Shown in pieces: positions 19,379 through 29,082 of a stretch of DNA of 55,022 nucleotides. The notes under the pieces are model-generated. The model worked only from the letters and a program-made list of their open reading frames with translations, was not told the origin of the DNA and ran no database searches. Position 1 is the first letter of the stretch. Every line of letters starts with the position of its first letter. The stretch is from a virus (lineage: Duplodnaviria; Caudoviricetes), in the IMG/VR virus record IMGVR_UViG_3300026382_000019, positions 1 through 55,022 of that record; one strand, given 5' to 3'. The translations under genes and the position numbers were made by a program.

Positions 19379-20290
19379 TTACTTAAATAGCGCTAAATCT
19401 GATAAATCTACGTCGAATTTTCCGAGGAAACCACTAACGCCATTGCCAGCATCATACATTTTTTCATCCAATGGGTTTACTGCCATCCCACTTCTATTCA
19501 ATAAGAAAAATATTTGCTCTCCAGTTTCTGGGTCGATTGTATCAATCCATTGTGTTGTATAATGAGAATAAATTGTTGAACCTTTTGAGTATCCATTGCC
19601 TTTAATCCCGAAAACCACTGAGTCAGTGCCATCATTTGGATGAGTATAATCGATGTAATATTCTACACCTGAAACTCTGCCTAGGTATGAAGGACTTATA
19701 TTATCGTTAATGCCTTCATTATTTGTGTCATTCAGTGTACCTCCCAAAAGACTTGCTACATTTGATGATACAACAGCCCAACCCAAAGGACTTCTATTAT
19801 CAGAAATTGGCAAGTCACAAAGGCCTTTATTTACCGTGATTGCAATTGATTGTCCTACAGCCCACAATAAATTGTCAAAATCTGCACCAGAAAATGTAAG
19901 AGTTGCTTTAGTGCTTGCTCTATTTTTTACCATTGTAAGGAAATCATCATCAACTTTGTATGTCATTTCATCAACCAAATAATGCGCCAGAACTTCATAA
20001 AAATCATCTCCATATATGTTTTGTAAGTCCTGTAAAGCCTCTTTTGTAAATTCTGTTCTAATTTTTTTAGAAACAGCCTTTATGTCTGCTTTAGCAATAG
20101 ACAATTTTCCTGTTCCTTTATCCCATTGTGCTCCTGAAATTATTCCCACTGGACCAGTCATAGGTTGAAGGTCTGAAACTCTCCTCGCTATACTTCTTTT
20201 TTTCAGAATTTTGTCTATGTTACCTAACAGTTTTGGCTGGTCGATTATAGAATTTTCTTCATTTAAGATTTGTTCTTGATTCTCCATCAT
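19379..20290 (-). CDS. gp23/gp24-family capsid protein paralogue (short, vertex-like)
   Basis: QPMTGPVG, KIRTEFTKEALQDLQNIYG, LVDEM..VD and GYSKGSTIYSHY match the T4 major capsid signature; late promoter at 20309-20316. Confidence 0.75.
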   Translation of the reverse strand: MMENQEQILNEENSIIDQPKLLGNIDKILKKRSIARRVSDLQPMTGPVGIISGAQWDKGTGKLSIAKADIKAVSKKIRTEFTKEALQDLQNIYGDDFYEVLAHYLVDEMTYKVDDDFLTMVKNRASTKATLTFSGADFDNLLWAVGQSIAITVNKGLCDLPISDNRSPLGWAVVSSNVASLLGGTLNDTNNEGINDNISPSYLGRVSGVEYYIDYTHPNDGTDSVVFGIKGNGYSKGSTIYSHYTTQWIDTIDPETGEQIFFLLNRSGMAVNPLDEKMYDAGNGVSGFLGKFDVDLSDLALFK

Positions 20291-20311
20291 ATTCTCCTTG
20301 TTTTGTTTTAT

Positions 20312-20542
20312 TTATATTTTATTGTATATTACCACAATAGTGTCGTTATTAGCCATTTTAATATCTTCCTGAAGTTCAATATGATTTTCTTTTATGCTAA
20401 TCACATCTTCTTTACAAAAAATATTAGAGTTATTAATGCTTATGCTGATTTCTTCATCAGCATCTATGTCAAATTCGGTACTAATAATTGAGCCATTAAT
20501 TCTTGGATAATTATCAATAACTAGCATTTCTATATTATTCAT
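20312..20542 (-). CDS. Small beta-rich structural protein
   Basis: ISISINN...DTIVVIY pattern shared with 24407..24628 and the N-terminus of 20589..21389. Confidence 0.55.
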   Translation of the reverse strand: MNNIEMLVIDNYPRINGSIISTEFDIDADEEISISINNSNIFCKEDVISIKENHIELQEDIKMANNDTIVVIYNKI

Positions 20543-20555
20543 AGTTAAACCTCCT

Positions 20556-20575
20556 TTTTATAAATATTTATAAAA
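20556..20575. promoter_or_regulatory. Bidirectional T4-type late promoter (palindrome)
   Basis: Perfect 20-bp palindrome TTTTATAAATATTTATAAAA gives TATAAATA on both strands between divergent genes. Confidence 0.75.
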
Positions 20576-20588
20576 CCATGGAGAAGAA

Positions 20589-21389
20589 ATGTTAAAAAGA
20601 TATAACCCAACAACTCAACCTGACAGCACAATAACTTCATGGGATTTGCCTGATACTTTTGTCGGAGGTACTGTTACCATTTTCATAAATGGTCAAATGT
20701 TAGCATTACAAGATGATGATTCTGAAGTATATGGTTATACTGTTGATGAAGATAATAAAACTCTTGATTTTTATAATGCGCCTTTGGATGGCGATTTTCT
20801 TTATATAATTTATGATTCAGATGGTAGTACTGATGCAGCCTCTGATTATAGTGGTACCGGATTGATGAGATTGAATAAAGGTTTCAATCTAATTTCATAC
20901 CAAGGACAAAAAGAAGCATTATGGGATAAAGACAAATCGCAAATAGATTATAAAGAAGGTATTTTGGCAAATGTACAAAATCTATTTATTGATCAAATAG
21001 AGGATGTCTATGGTGTATCTGCCAACACAATAGTAAGGGAAATACAAACATATGAAACAGACTCAGGAAAATATAGGACATTTAATGTAGGAAATACATC
21101 ACCGGCTTGGTGTGGTAATGCTGAACATATTACAGACTCATCATTATATAGGGAAGCATTAACTGATGGCACAGAATACGGAGATCCTGGTGATAATGAT
21201 TATGTTGTTTATAATCCTAATAATTTTACTTTAAGTAACTGTTATATAGATACTGACACAATAACATCATTGGATATAGATAATAAACTAGAAGATTTAC
21301 CTGCAGGTTTAAGGACAGGTATTTTAATATACATATACCCTGACGCAGATTTATCCAAAACAGATGATTTGTTGGAAATATGGTTTTAG
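20589..21389 (+). CDS. Virion structural protein
   Basis: VTIFINGQ...FYNAP..GD tail-type domain plus IDQIEDVYG domain. Confidence 0.65.
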   Translation: MLKRYNPTTQPDSTITSWDLPDTFVGGTVTIFINGQMLALQDDDSEVYGYTVDEDNKTLDFYNAPLDGDFLYIIYDSDGSTDAASDYSGTGLMRLNKGFNLISYQGQKEALWDKDKSQIDYKEGILANVQNLFIDQIEDVYGVSANTIVREIQTYETDSGKYRTFNVGNTSPAWCGNAEHITDSSLYREALTDGTEYGDPGDNDYVVYNPNNFTLSNCYIDTDTITSLDIDNKLEDLPAGLRTGILIYIYPDADLSKTDDLLEIWF

Positions 21390-21399
21390 GAGATAATAA

Positions 21400-24300
21400 A
21401 TGGCATTAAATTATGATATATCTTGTCATGCTCTTGATGAGTTAGGAGGCAACATTGAAAAGGCCAAGGTACATGCTTATTTCATACAAGTAGATAGTGG
21501 CTCAAGTGAATCGACATGGGATAATGATATAAGACTAACAGCAGGTAATGGTAAAGTTTCTTTTAACCTCGGCGATGATTCTTTTTTGACATCAGAGGGT
21601 ATCATAAAGACAGGAGATAAAGTTCTTATATGTGCATGGGTTTCTGATGGGGATGCAGGGAACAATGATAAATCTTCAAAAGAAAATAATACTATAACAA
21701 AATGTGTTAATTTCATTCATACTGTTGATACAAGCTCTAGTTCATGGTCTGAAGATTTTACAATATTTGATGTCAAAACACCGGTTTGTGATATTTCTAT
21801 ACCAACTGTTAATTATACAGGACATTCTTTTACCATAACTAATAACAGCACTGTTAATCAAGGAAGTTTTGACGATCCAAATTTTGATAGAAGTGATTTA
21901 TATCAAAATATTACAAACTCAGGACAAAATATATATTTAGGATTGAATATCGAAAAAACTATATATAACTATGAAGAAAATTCTTTTGAAGAAAATGTAA
22001 CAAAAAATAATACATATTCATACATCGATGCAGGTGACTATACTATTGTAGTGCGACCATATAATTTCTTGGGATTTTATTGTGAAGTAACAAAAGATGA
22101 ACATATATTATACAATAAACCAAGTATTGATTTTGATTATACTTTTAGTAAATTATTAAATTCTGATAAACATATAGGGGTAGGCAATGATGACAAACTT
22201 ATAACCTCCCAATTAAGTTCTACAAATTACGGAGATACTTGGGAACAGATACAAGCAACCTTTGATTGGGAGATAGCAGATACCAATCAAGATGATTCAA
22301 GTAACACAGATACATATACAGGAAAAGACGAAGATTTTGAGCCAACAAAATATTTTATGTCAAAAGGCGATAAAACAATAACTTTGAAACTAAATTGGAA
22401 TGATGGTTTTGATGATTTTACTGAAACAAAAGAATTAAATCCTTTTCTTGATATATATAATATAAGACAAGAAATTAATATTATTACTCAAAAAGAATAT
22501 ACTGTTAACAATACATATGTTCCGTTGGGTGATAATGATTTGGTTACTCTCAAAAATCTAAATTTTGACAACGCTTCTCAAGATTATGATAGTAATTCTC
22601 AATGGAAAACCCTTGATTATAGTATCACAAAAAAGAAAAATGACGGTTCAGATGACAATGAAAGTTACTCTCTTTCTGCAGAAGATGACGATGATTATTT
22701 TAAAGAAATAGAATTTTTTGTTAAATATTATCATGATACAGATAATCCTTGGTCTATAACACAAGACCTTCTATATTGGGATGGATATAAAGATGTTCAG
22801 AAGAGTATTACAGAAGATTATACATCAGAAAAATACTCAATAACTCACAATTTTTATTGGGAAACAGATAGACACGGCAAAGAAAAAAATATTGTTGATG
22901 ATAATGATATGGTTTCTGTATTTAATACATCTATATTTGGTCCTCAAAATAATCAGGATATAGTTATAAAGGATTATTATGATGTCAGGAAAGAAAAGTA
23001 TGCATCATATACAGATGACACCATAGAAGATGACACAGAAGAATTTGAATATACAGAAGATAACCTTACTAATGTTTCAACATTTTATGTAAGAAAGGAT
23101 GGTGATTTTGAAATTGAGAATATAATAACATATTATAATGGTTATGATGAGGTACAATCAACCAAAACAAGAACACTAACTGCATCTGTGCTTATACCTA
23201 ATATAATATTTAATTATACTTCAAGATTAGGTACAAATAAAGATATAGTAGGAAGAGATGATACTGTAACTTTTATTAATAGTTCTTATTTATCCGATTA
23301 TTATAATACAGAATACTCAAAAACAGGTTCAAGGAATCTAAGCATAGATTGGTATTTTTCAAATGATAAAACAAAAGATAATTTCTCAAATATCAATGCA
23401 ATAGGAGGAGATACTTTTACTGAAGATGAAATAAATACAGACGAATTTTTGGATTATGGTATGGAAGATGAACCTAAAATAAATTATTGGAGTATAGGAG
23501 ATCATGATGCAGAAATGATTTTTTATTATAATGATGGTTACTTTAATAGAGATAAAAACTTAATAAAAACAACAAAAACTATACCATATTCTAATCTAAA
23601 TCCTGACGCTACATATACTAATACTGTACCAGATAGAAATACAGAAATATCTTTTATAGATAATAGTACAAATAATGAAAATAGAATAATAGATATAGAT
23701 TGGTCGCTAACAGACAGATATGAAGATAATTCTATGACAACTGATAAAAGGGGAGAAAACAATTTACAGACTTGGTTGAATGCAGGGAGAACAGAAGAAA
23801 TTACAACAACTGTAAATTCAAATGAAAATCATACTTTATCACAAGATACAATAAGATGGGATAATGGTTTTTCATTAATAAATTTCAATAATTCTTATAC
23901 TATATATACAACTAAATATAATATAAACCCTTTATTTAGTTATAAACAAGAATTCGTAACAGGTCCCGAAATTATATTTACTAATGAAAGCACTCCTAAT
24001 GATAATGCTGTTTTATTGCAATATGATTATGAGATTTCGGACACAGATAATGATGGTAATGATGCATTTGTGGCATATAGAGATATAGACATAAGTACAG
24101 CTGAACAAAAGCACACTTATAAAAGTGTGAGTAATTCTCCATTTGAAGATGATGAAGCAAATAAAGAGGTTATTATATTTCAGGATTATGATGATGGATG
24201 GAATGAAGTTTATGATAATTATACAGAATTAATATTGGTAAAACCAAATAGAATATCTCAAGATTTTTTATTGACACCAATAAGACATGAATCAGACACC

Positions 24301-24426
24301 GAAACAGCCAATAATATTATTACAGGAAATAATCCTATAGAATTTCACGATACTTCAAGCACAGAAAGAACGGATGATTTATTTATTACTAATGTAAAAT
24401 ATACTATTATTGAGACGTGTACATAA
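21400..24426 (+). CDS. Large acidic PKD/Ig-like repeat protein (1008 aa), probable virion fibre or decoration
   Basis: About 120-aa repeats each containing W/Y-x-D/N-G-Y/F (WNDGF, YWDGY, YYNGY, YNDGY, WDNGF, YDDGW) and F-x-N-x-S. Confidence 0.7.
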   Translation: MALNYDISCHALDELGGNIEKAKVHAYFIQVDSGSSESTWDNDIRLTAGNGKVSFNLGDDSFLTSEGIIKTGDKVLICAWVSDGDAGNNDKSSKENNTITKCVNFIHTVDTSSSSWSEDFTIFDVKTPVCDISIPTVNYTGHSFTITNNSTVNQGSFDDPNFDRSDLYQNITNSGQNIYLGLNIEKTIYNYEENSFEENVTKNNTYSYIDAGDYTIVVRPYNFLGFYCEVTKDEHILYNKPSIDFDYTFSKLLNSDKHIGVGNDDKLITSQLSSTNYGDTWEQIQATFDWEIADTNQDDSSNTDTYTGKDEDFEPTKYFMSKGDKTITLKLNWNDGFDDFTETKELNPFLDIYNIRQEINIITQKEYTVNNTYVPLGDNDLVTLKNLNFDNASQDYDSNSQWKTLDYSITKKKNDGSDDNESYSLSAEDDDDYFKEIEFFVKYYHDTDNPWSITQDLLYWDGYKDVQKSITEDYTSEKYSITHNFYWETDRHGKEKNIVDDNDMVSVFNTSIFGPQNNQDIVIKDYYDVRKEKYASYTDDTIEDDTEEFEYTEDNLTNVSTFYVRKDGDFEIENIITYYNGYDEVQSTKTRTLTASVLIPNIIFNYTSRLGTNKDIVGRDDTVTFINSSYLSDYYNTEYSKTGSRNLSIDWYFSNDKTKDNFSNINAIGGDTFTEDEINTDEFLDYGMEDEPKINYWSIGDHDAEMIFYYNDGYFNRDKNLIKTTKTIPYSNLNPDATYTNTVPDRNTEISFIDNSTNNENRIIDIDWSLTDRYEDNSMTTDKRGENNLQTWLNAGRTEEITTTVNSNENHTLSQDTIRWDNGFSLINFNNSYTIYTTKYNINPLFSYKQEFVTGPEIIFTNESTPNDNAVLLQYDYEISDTDNDGNDAFVAYRDIDISTAEQKHTYKSVSNSPFEDDEANKEVIIFQDYDDGWNEVYDNYTELILVKPNRISQDFLLTPIRHESDTETANNIITGNNPIEFHDTSSTERTDDLFITNVKYTIIETCT

Positions 24427-24628
24427 CATAAAAAATGTCATTGTTATAATCTATATCTAAAGAGTTTTTTACTGTGATAACATTATCTGTAATATCTGTT
24501 ATATCAACGAGAGTGATTCCAACTAATCCATTTATGGTTATACAAACTTCTTCAGAATCATCTATATTATTTTGAACAGTAAAAGTTTTATTATCAGAAT
24601 CAATAGTAGGGTTATTTTCTATGGTCAT
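24407..24628 (-). CDS. Small beta-rich structural protein
   Basis: VCITING...DIFYVMY; resembles 20312..20542. Confidence 0.55.
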   Translation of the reverse strand: MTIENNPTIDSDNKTFTVQNNIDDSEEVCITINGLVGITLVDITDITDNVITVKNSLDIDYNNDIFYVMYTSQ

Positions 24629-24649
24629 TTTATTGCCTCATGATGTAAA

Positions 24650-24667
24650 TTTATAAATATTTATAAA
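24650..24667. promoter_or_regulatory. Bidirectional T4-type late promoter (palindrome)
   Basis: Perfect 18-bp palindrome TTTATAAATATTTATAAA between divergent ORFs. Confidence 0.7.
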
Positions 24668-24680
24668 AGGATACTTAAAA

Positions 24681-24854
24681 ATGAAATTAGAAATAGATTT
24701 CAATAAAATTCTAACTAGCATTATATTAGCCATTCTAATGTATATGGGAAGTACAATATATGAGATGGACAAAGAGCAAAAACTAATTAATTACAAAATT
24801 GATCAGATTCATATGGTCCTTCAAAACCTATATGAAATAAAAGCTAAGGATTAA
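24681..24854 (+). CDS. Small single-TM coiled-coil protein (57 aa)
   Basis: Manual ORF MKLEIDFNKILTSIILAILMYMGSTIY...KAKD with AAGGA RBS and late promoter. Confidence 0.6.
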   Translation: MKLEIDFNKILTSIILAILMYMGSTIYEMDKEQKLINYKIDQIHMVLQNLYEIKAKD

Positions 24855-25410
24855 TATAACTTACAATTTCTTTGATTGCTTCAGCTAAGTTTATATTCTC
24901 TACCAGGTGGTCACATTCATTGTCTATATCTTCTTGAGAAAATTGTTTTTTGTCATCTTCTAATCGTCTATCCCATTCTGTCTTATCAAATGAACCCCTA
25001 AGTTTTGCTCGGTTTTCTCTGATATCATCAGGTACTCTGATAAATATGGCAACAACCCTATCGCCAAAATATTCCTTGAATTCCTTTACACCAAGTATAT
25101 CTAGCACTACAACATAGGATTTATCATCTTGAATCTCATCATTATGGACTCCATAATACCATAAGTCTTTTTTGCCATTAACTAAGGTTTCATATTTCCT
25201 GCACTCAATAAGTGAACCATCAGCTTCATATTTCAACATGGTTTCTTTGTCTGTAAACCAGTAAGGATTTCCTTGAGATTCATAATCCCTCATCGGTCTA
25301 GTTGAGTGAGAAGTCACAAAATTTAATTCACATTCTTTATTAAGTTTTTCTGCTATGGCATCTTTTCCTGCTCCAGAAAAACCAACTAGCACTAAAATTT
25401 TATTATTCAT
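24844..25410 (-). CDS. gmk: Guanylate kinase-like protein
   Basis: GFSGAGKD, TSHSTRPMR, YYG. Confidence 0.8.
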   Translation of the reverse strand: MNNKILVLVGFSGAGKDAIAEKLNKECELNFVTSHSTRPMRDYESQGNPYWFTDKETMLKYEADGSLIECRKYETLVNGKKDLWYYGVHNDEIQDDKSYVVVLDILGVKEFKEYFGDRVVAIFIRVPDDIRENRAKLRGSFDKTEWDRRLEDDKKQFSQEDIDNECDHLVENINLAEAIKEIVSYINP

Positions 25411-25936
25411 TATTTTCCTTACTTAGTATCTTATTTAAAGCTAAATTTATAAATTCCTCACCTGATTTTACAGATATGTATTCTATTCCTGATTCATCCA
25501 AAAAATCTTTTATTTCTTTTGCCTTTTCTTTTGCTTCATCTTCTGTTTGATTCCTTCCATATTCTTGATATTTGTGGTTTCTCTCAATGAAAAAATTTAA
25601 TGTATTATATGAATTATGCATAGACAATGCTAACTTCTTAGCTTCATTATAATAGGGTAAAGTATCTTTCATATATGTAATTCCCATCACAAAAGGACTA
25701 TCCGTTACTATATAATCAACTTTATTATCAAGAACAAAATGAGGATGAAATTGTTTGCCAAGCATCAAAATCTGATTACTTAATTGAACAAAATTTTCAT
25801 CATATGTTAGTTCTTTGGCATACTCCACCACTTCTTCAACTTTGTATTGTCTTTTCTTTAATTCATAAAATAATCTTGAACGATTCGTACTTTTGCCACT
25901 TCCAGGTTCCCCAAAAATATTAATATGTAATGCCAT
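25403..25936 (-). CDS. P-loop kinase (NadR/AAA_28-like)
   Basis: GEPGSGKST, EYAKEL, IVTDSP, GRNQTE. Confidence 0.75.
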   Translation of the reverse strand: MALHINIFGEPGSGKSTNRSRLFYELKKRQYKVEEVVEYAKELTYDENFVQLSNQILMLGKQFHPHFVLDNKVDYIVTDSPFVMGITYMKDTLPYYNEAKKLALSMHNSYNTLNFFIERNHKYQEYGRNQTEDEAKEKAKEIKDFLDESGIEYISVKSGEEFINLALNKILSKENNE

Positions 25937-25937
25937 T

Positions 25938-26081
25938 TTATTCCTTTAATTCTATTACAATATATGATTCATCTTCATAAAAAATTATTCCTTTAAGTTT
26001 TCCATCAGTAAAAATATCCTCACCTCTATCAGCTAAATGCCATTTTTCTTTAAATAGGTCTACTTCTATATTAATTTTCAT
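25938..26081 (-). CDS. Small hypothetical protein (47 aa)
   Basis: Manual ORF MKINIEVDLFKEKWHL...IELKE filling the gap. Confidence 0.45.
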   Translation of the reverse strand: MKINIEVDLFKEKWHLADRGEDIFTDGKLKGIIFYEDESYIVIELKE

Positions 26082-26085
26082 ATTT

Positions 26086-27186
26086 TTATACCTTTTTATT
26101 TAGGAAGTAAGTTATTCTTATAAGATTTTCTTTTTCACTATATATTGCTTTTATATCTTCTATTATATCAAAGAATTGCTTAATTTTCCCATTTTTCTTA
26201 TAAAAAGTCTTTTGAAGATTTACAGGAAATTTTAATTCGTCATTATACATAAACTCATATTCTTCTTTAATGCAATCTTTATATATGTAGATTTCTTGAA
26301 TTTTTTCTTTTAATTTTAAAGTTTCTGTTCTGATAAAAACTTCTATTTCTGTTTCTTCTGGCATTATATTCTCCTGTTTCTCAATATTTTTTTGTTGTAA
26401 AATCTCTAATTCCGGAAATGAAATTGCTGTCATTTTTCCTCCAAATTCTACTTCGTATCTTTTATCAATGAATGCACCAGTGTCGATACAAGCATATCCA
26501 ATGTCATTGTCTATGATAACCTGAGTCTCATCATCATAGCCTTCTATACTTATGTACCTATCCAAAAGGTGCCCAGTGATGTTATGTCCTGTAATATTAA
26601 AATATCCTGTATCATCTTTTTCAGGAAGATTTCTGTTCCAATTGAACAAATCTCCTTTTTTGGTTATAGCAATCCTTGCCCTTAATCCATATTTCTCATC
26701 ATAATCATCTCTGAATTTTTCTCGCTCATCCTTGTTACCGACAGTGAAAGGTAAATATTCGTCAATAAAATCAGCGCAGAATGCATGAGATACCAAAAGC
26801 TTTCTACCTTTATTGTCAAGACAATCGTCAAAAATTAAGTATAATGGAAGGTCTGCTATTGCGTTAACATGCTCTTCCATAAGGTCTATATCCCCGGAAT
26901 ACGATTGTCTTGTTGCGGCACCTCCGTTGGAATCCCAATTTGAACTGAATGGATGATAAATTCCGTTGTGCATGATTTCTTCGTGATTTCCCTTAACGGC
27001 TTTGAACTCACCGCTTTCAATTCTTGGCAAGATGTACTCCAAGACCTCTTTGGATTTTGGTCCTCTATCCACAAAATCACCAGTAAATATGAATTCAGCT
27101 TCTGAATCTTTCTCTTTAACTTTCTCAATAAGTGCTAACATTGTAAGATAACAACCATGCACATCCGAGATACACCACTTACTCAT
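26086..27186 (-). CDS. PPP-family Ser/Thr protein phosphatase
   Basis: SDVHG, GDFVDRG, KGNHE, GHN, IDTGA. Confidence 0.88.
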   Translation of the reverse strand: MSKWCISDVHGCYLTMLALIEKVKEKDSEAEFIFTGDFVDRGPKSKEVLEYILPRIESGEFKAVKGNHEEIMHNGIYHPFSSNWDSNGGAATRQSYSGDIDLMEEHVNAIADLPLYLIFDDCLDNKGRKLLVSHAFCADFIDEYLPFTVGNKDEREKFRDDYDEKYGLRARIAITKKGDLFNWNRNLPEKDDTGYFNITGHNITGHLLDRYISIEGYDDETQVIIDNDIGYACIDTGAFIDKRYEVEFGGKMTAISFPELEILQQKNIEKQENIMPEETEIEVFIRTETLKLKEKIQEIYIYKDCIKEEYEFMYNDELKFPVNLQKTFYKKNGKIKQFFDIIEDIKAIYSEKENLIRITYFLNKKV

Positions 27187-27228
27187 TTTATACCTTCTTT
27201 CTATATATAATAGTACCTTAATACTTAA

Positions 27229-27546
27229 TTATCCAGCATTAAATGAACTTACAATCTCACCAACACCCAAATCTTTATTGGCTTTGCCTATTTCAATTAT
27301 TTCTGAATACCTATAATCTTCACCCATTCTCTTAATTACCCTTTCGATACACTCTTTTTTAGTCCAAGCACAAAATACTGCTGAGTCATAAGTGTCCCAA
27401 CCGCTTTGATATGTTTCTATTAAAAATAATTTCTTATGGGTTTTTACTACATTGCCTGTAGTTTGCTCTTTTATAAAAAGTTCTTGGTCAGTATAAAAAT
27501 CAGCTAATTCATTCTCATTGATATTTTGTTCTATTAATGAAGACAT
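27229..27546 (-). CDS. Hypothetical protein
   Basis: 105-aa ORF ending SSFNAG. Confidence 0.6.
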   Translation of the reverse strand: MSSLIEQNINENELADFYTDQELFIKEQTTGNVVKTHKKLFLIETYQSGWDTYDSAVFCAWTKKECIERVIKRMGEDYRYSEIIEIGKANKDLGVGEIVSSFNAG

Positions 27547-27712
27547 ATAATCTTCATTAATATTTAACTCTTCGTACTCTGTCTACCATTTATTTAAAAA
27601 ATGTACAAATACATTTTATTTCCGCTTGGGTGAGTAATATAATCTTTTCATCTTATGAAGATGCATAATCCCGTATATATATACATATATATACTAGCTA
27701 ATTGGCTAGCCT

Positions 27713-27910
27713 CTATTTACACCCTGCATCATACATATCATCTTGTAGATTGCCACATTTATTTTTTTGTTTGTCTAGCCTAGCTCTCCCCTCTTTTTTA
27801 TCATACATATTGTGGAGGATTTCCTTTTCCTTCTCTAGTTTTTTCTTTAGTTTTTTGCACTTCATCATGTTTAGAAGCCCCTCGTTTAAATATTCTTTAA
27901 ATGTTTTCAT
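27713..27910 (-). CDS. Putative internal head protein
   Basis: CTS-like start MKTFKEYLNE; TATAAATA at 27936-27943. Confidence 0.6.
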   Translation of the reverse strand: MKTFKEYLNEGLLNMMKCKKLKKKLEKEKEILHNMYDKKEGRARLDKQKNKCGNLQDDMYDAGCK

Positions 27911-27981
27911 TTGTAATTCTCCTTTTATTTTATTTTATTTATATTTTTTACTCTACTTTGTTAGGGATGCCATTTATTTCC

Positions 27982-28911
27982 TTAAAATTTGATTTCCATC
28001 TCACTTTTATTTCCGCCTGGATGAGTAACATAATGGAAAGTTCCATTTCCTAATTCTCCCATTGCTTTAATAATTCTCTCATTTCTTTCTTCTGCTTCTC
28101 TATACCCTCTATCAATAGCCCAAGTTTCGCAGTCATAACTTCTTACAAGATTTCTTGCTTCTTCTTTGTCAAAACCTTCTTTGGTGAATACTATATATGT
28201 TGTATCATTTGCTGCAGCAACTTGATTTGCTTTAACTCTTTCTTTTTTTGCTATTTTTGCTTCAAGTTCTTGACGTTCATATTCTTCTTTATTTTTCTTT
28301 TTAAGTTTTTCAGATTCTTCTTTAATATAATTTTCTTTTGCTTTAGTAACAGCCTTAATAATTTCAGGGAAGTTTAGTGTTTCCTCTTTTGAAGGAATTT
28401 TTACCTTTTTCTCTATTGAAGCGATTAGTTCTTCTAATGCTCTTTTGCCTTTTGTTTGAATTTTTTCATTTTTTAAAGTATTAAGTGCCAATTCTTTTGT
28501 TTTTTTATCAAGCTTAAATTCAGAACCATTTAGTTTCAGTGAAACCAGTCTGGCTCCAGGTATATTAAAAGATTTATTCATTTCTTTTTTATATTGTCTT
28601 TCTTTTTCATCTGCATAATAATTATACCATGTACTCATATCAATCTCAAAAGTTACTTCAACCTTATCTGCTTTATCATAACCCTCATACCAGAATGTTA
28701 CATTAAAGCTTTCTGAAATATAAGCAGTTGCTGTCGCTCCATTAACCTCACCTTTTATTGTGTTATTCATATTACTTTCAAAAGTATATTCGCCTCTCAT
28801 AATAGATTGAATATATGATAATCTTGATAACAAGTCAAGAGAAATTGCTCTTGCTTCCTTAAAACTGACCTCTTCATTTACTATATCTCTAAAATTTCTA
28901 ATTGCTTCCAT
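27982..28911 (-). CDS. Putative internal head protein
   Basis: CTS-like start MEAIRNFRDIVNE; TATAAATA at 28934-28941. Confidence 0.6.
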   Translation of the reverse strand: MEAIRNFRDIVNEEVSFKEARAISLDLLSRLSYIQSIMRGEYTFESNMNNTIKGEVNGATATAYISESFNVTFWYEGYDKADKVEVTFEIDMSTWYNYYADEKERQYKKEMNKSFNIPGARLVSLKLNGSEFKLDKKTKELALNTLKNEKIQTKGKRALEELIASIEKKVKIPSKEETLNFPEIIKAVTKAKENYIKEESEKLKKKNKEEYERQELEAKIAKKERVKANQVAAANDTTYIVFTKEGFDKEEARNLVRSYDCETWAIDRGYREAEERNERIIKAMGELGNGTFHYVTHPGGNKSEMEIKF

Positions 28912-29082
28912 ATTAATTCTCCAGTTTTTCTCTTATTTATATATTAATTATAACCAAATAAATATTAGATTGAGCTTAAAATCTCACTTTATTTCCAACA
29001 ATTAGATTTTAATGTAAAATAACTTGTATCATTAGTATATAAAATATTTTTCTTGGTGTCAAATTCTCCGATTTCTTGATAG

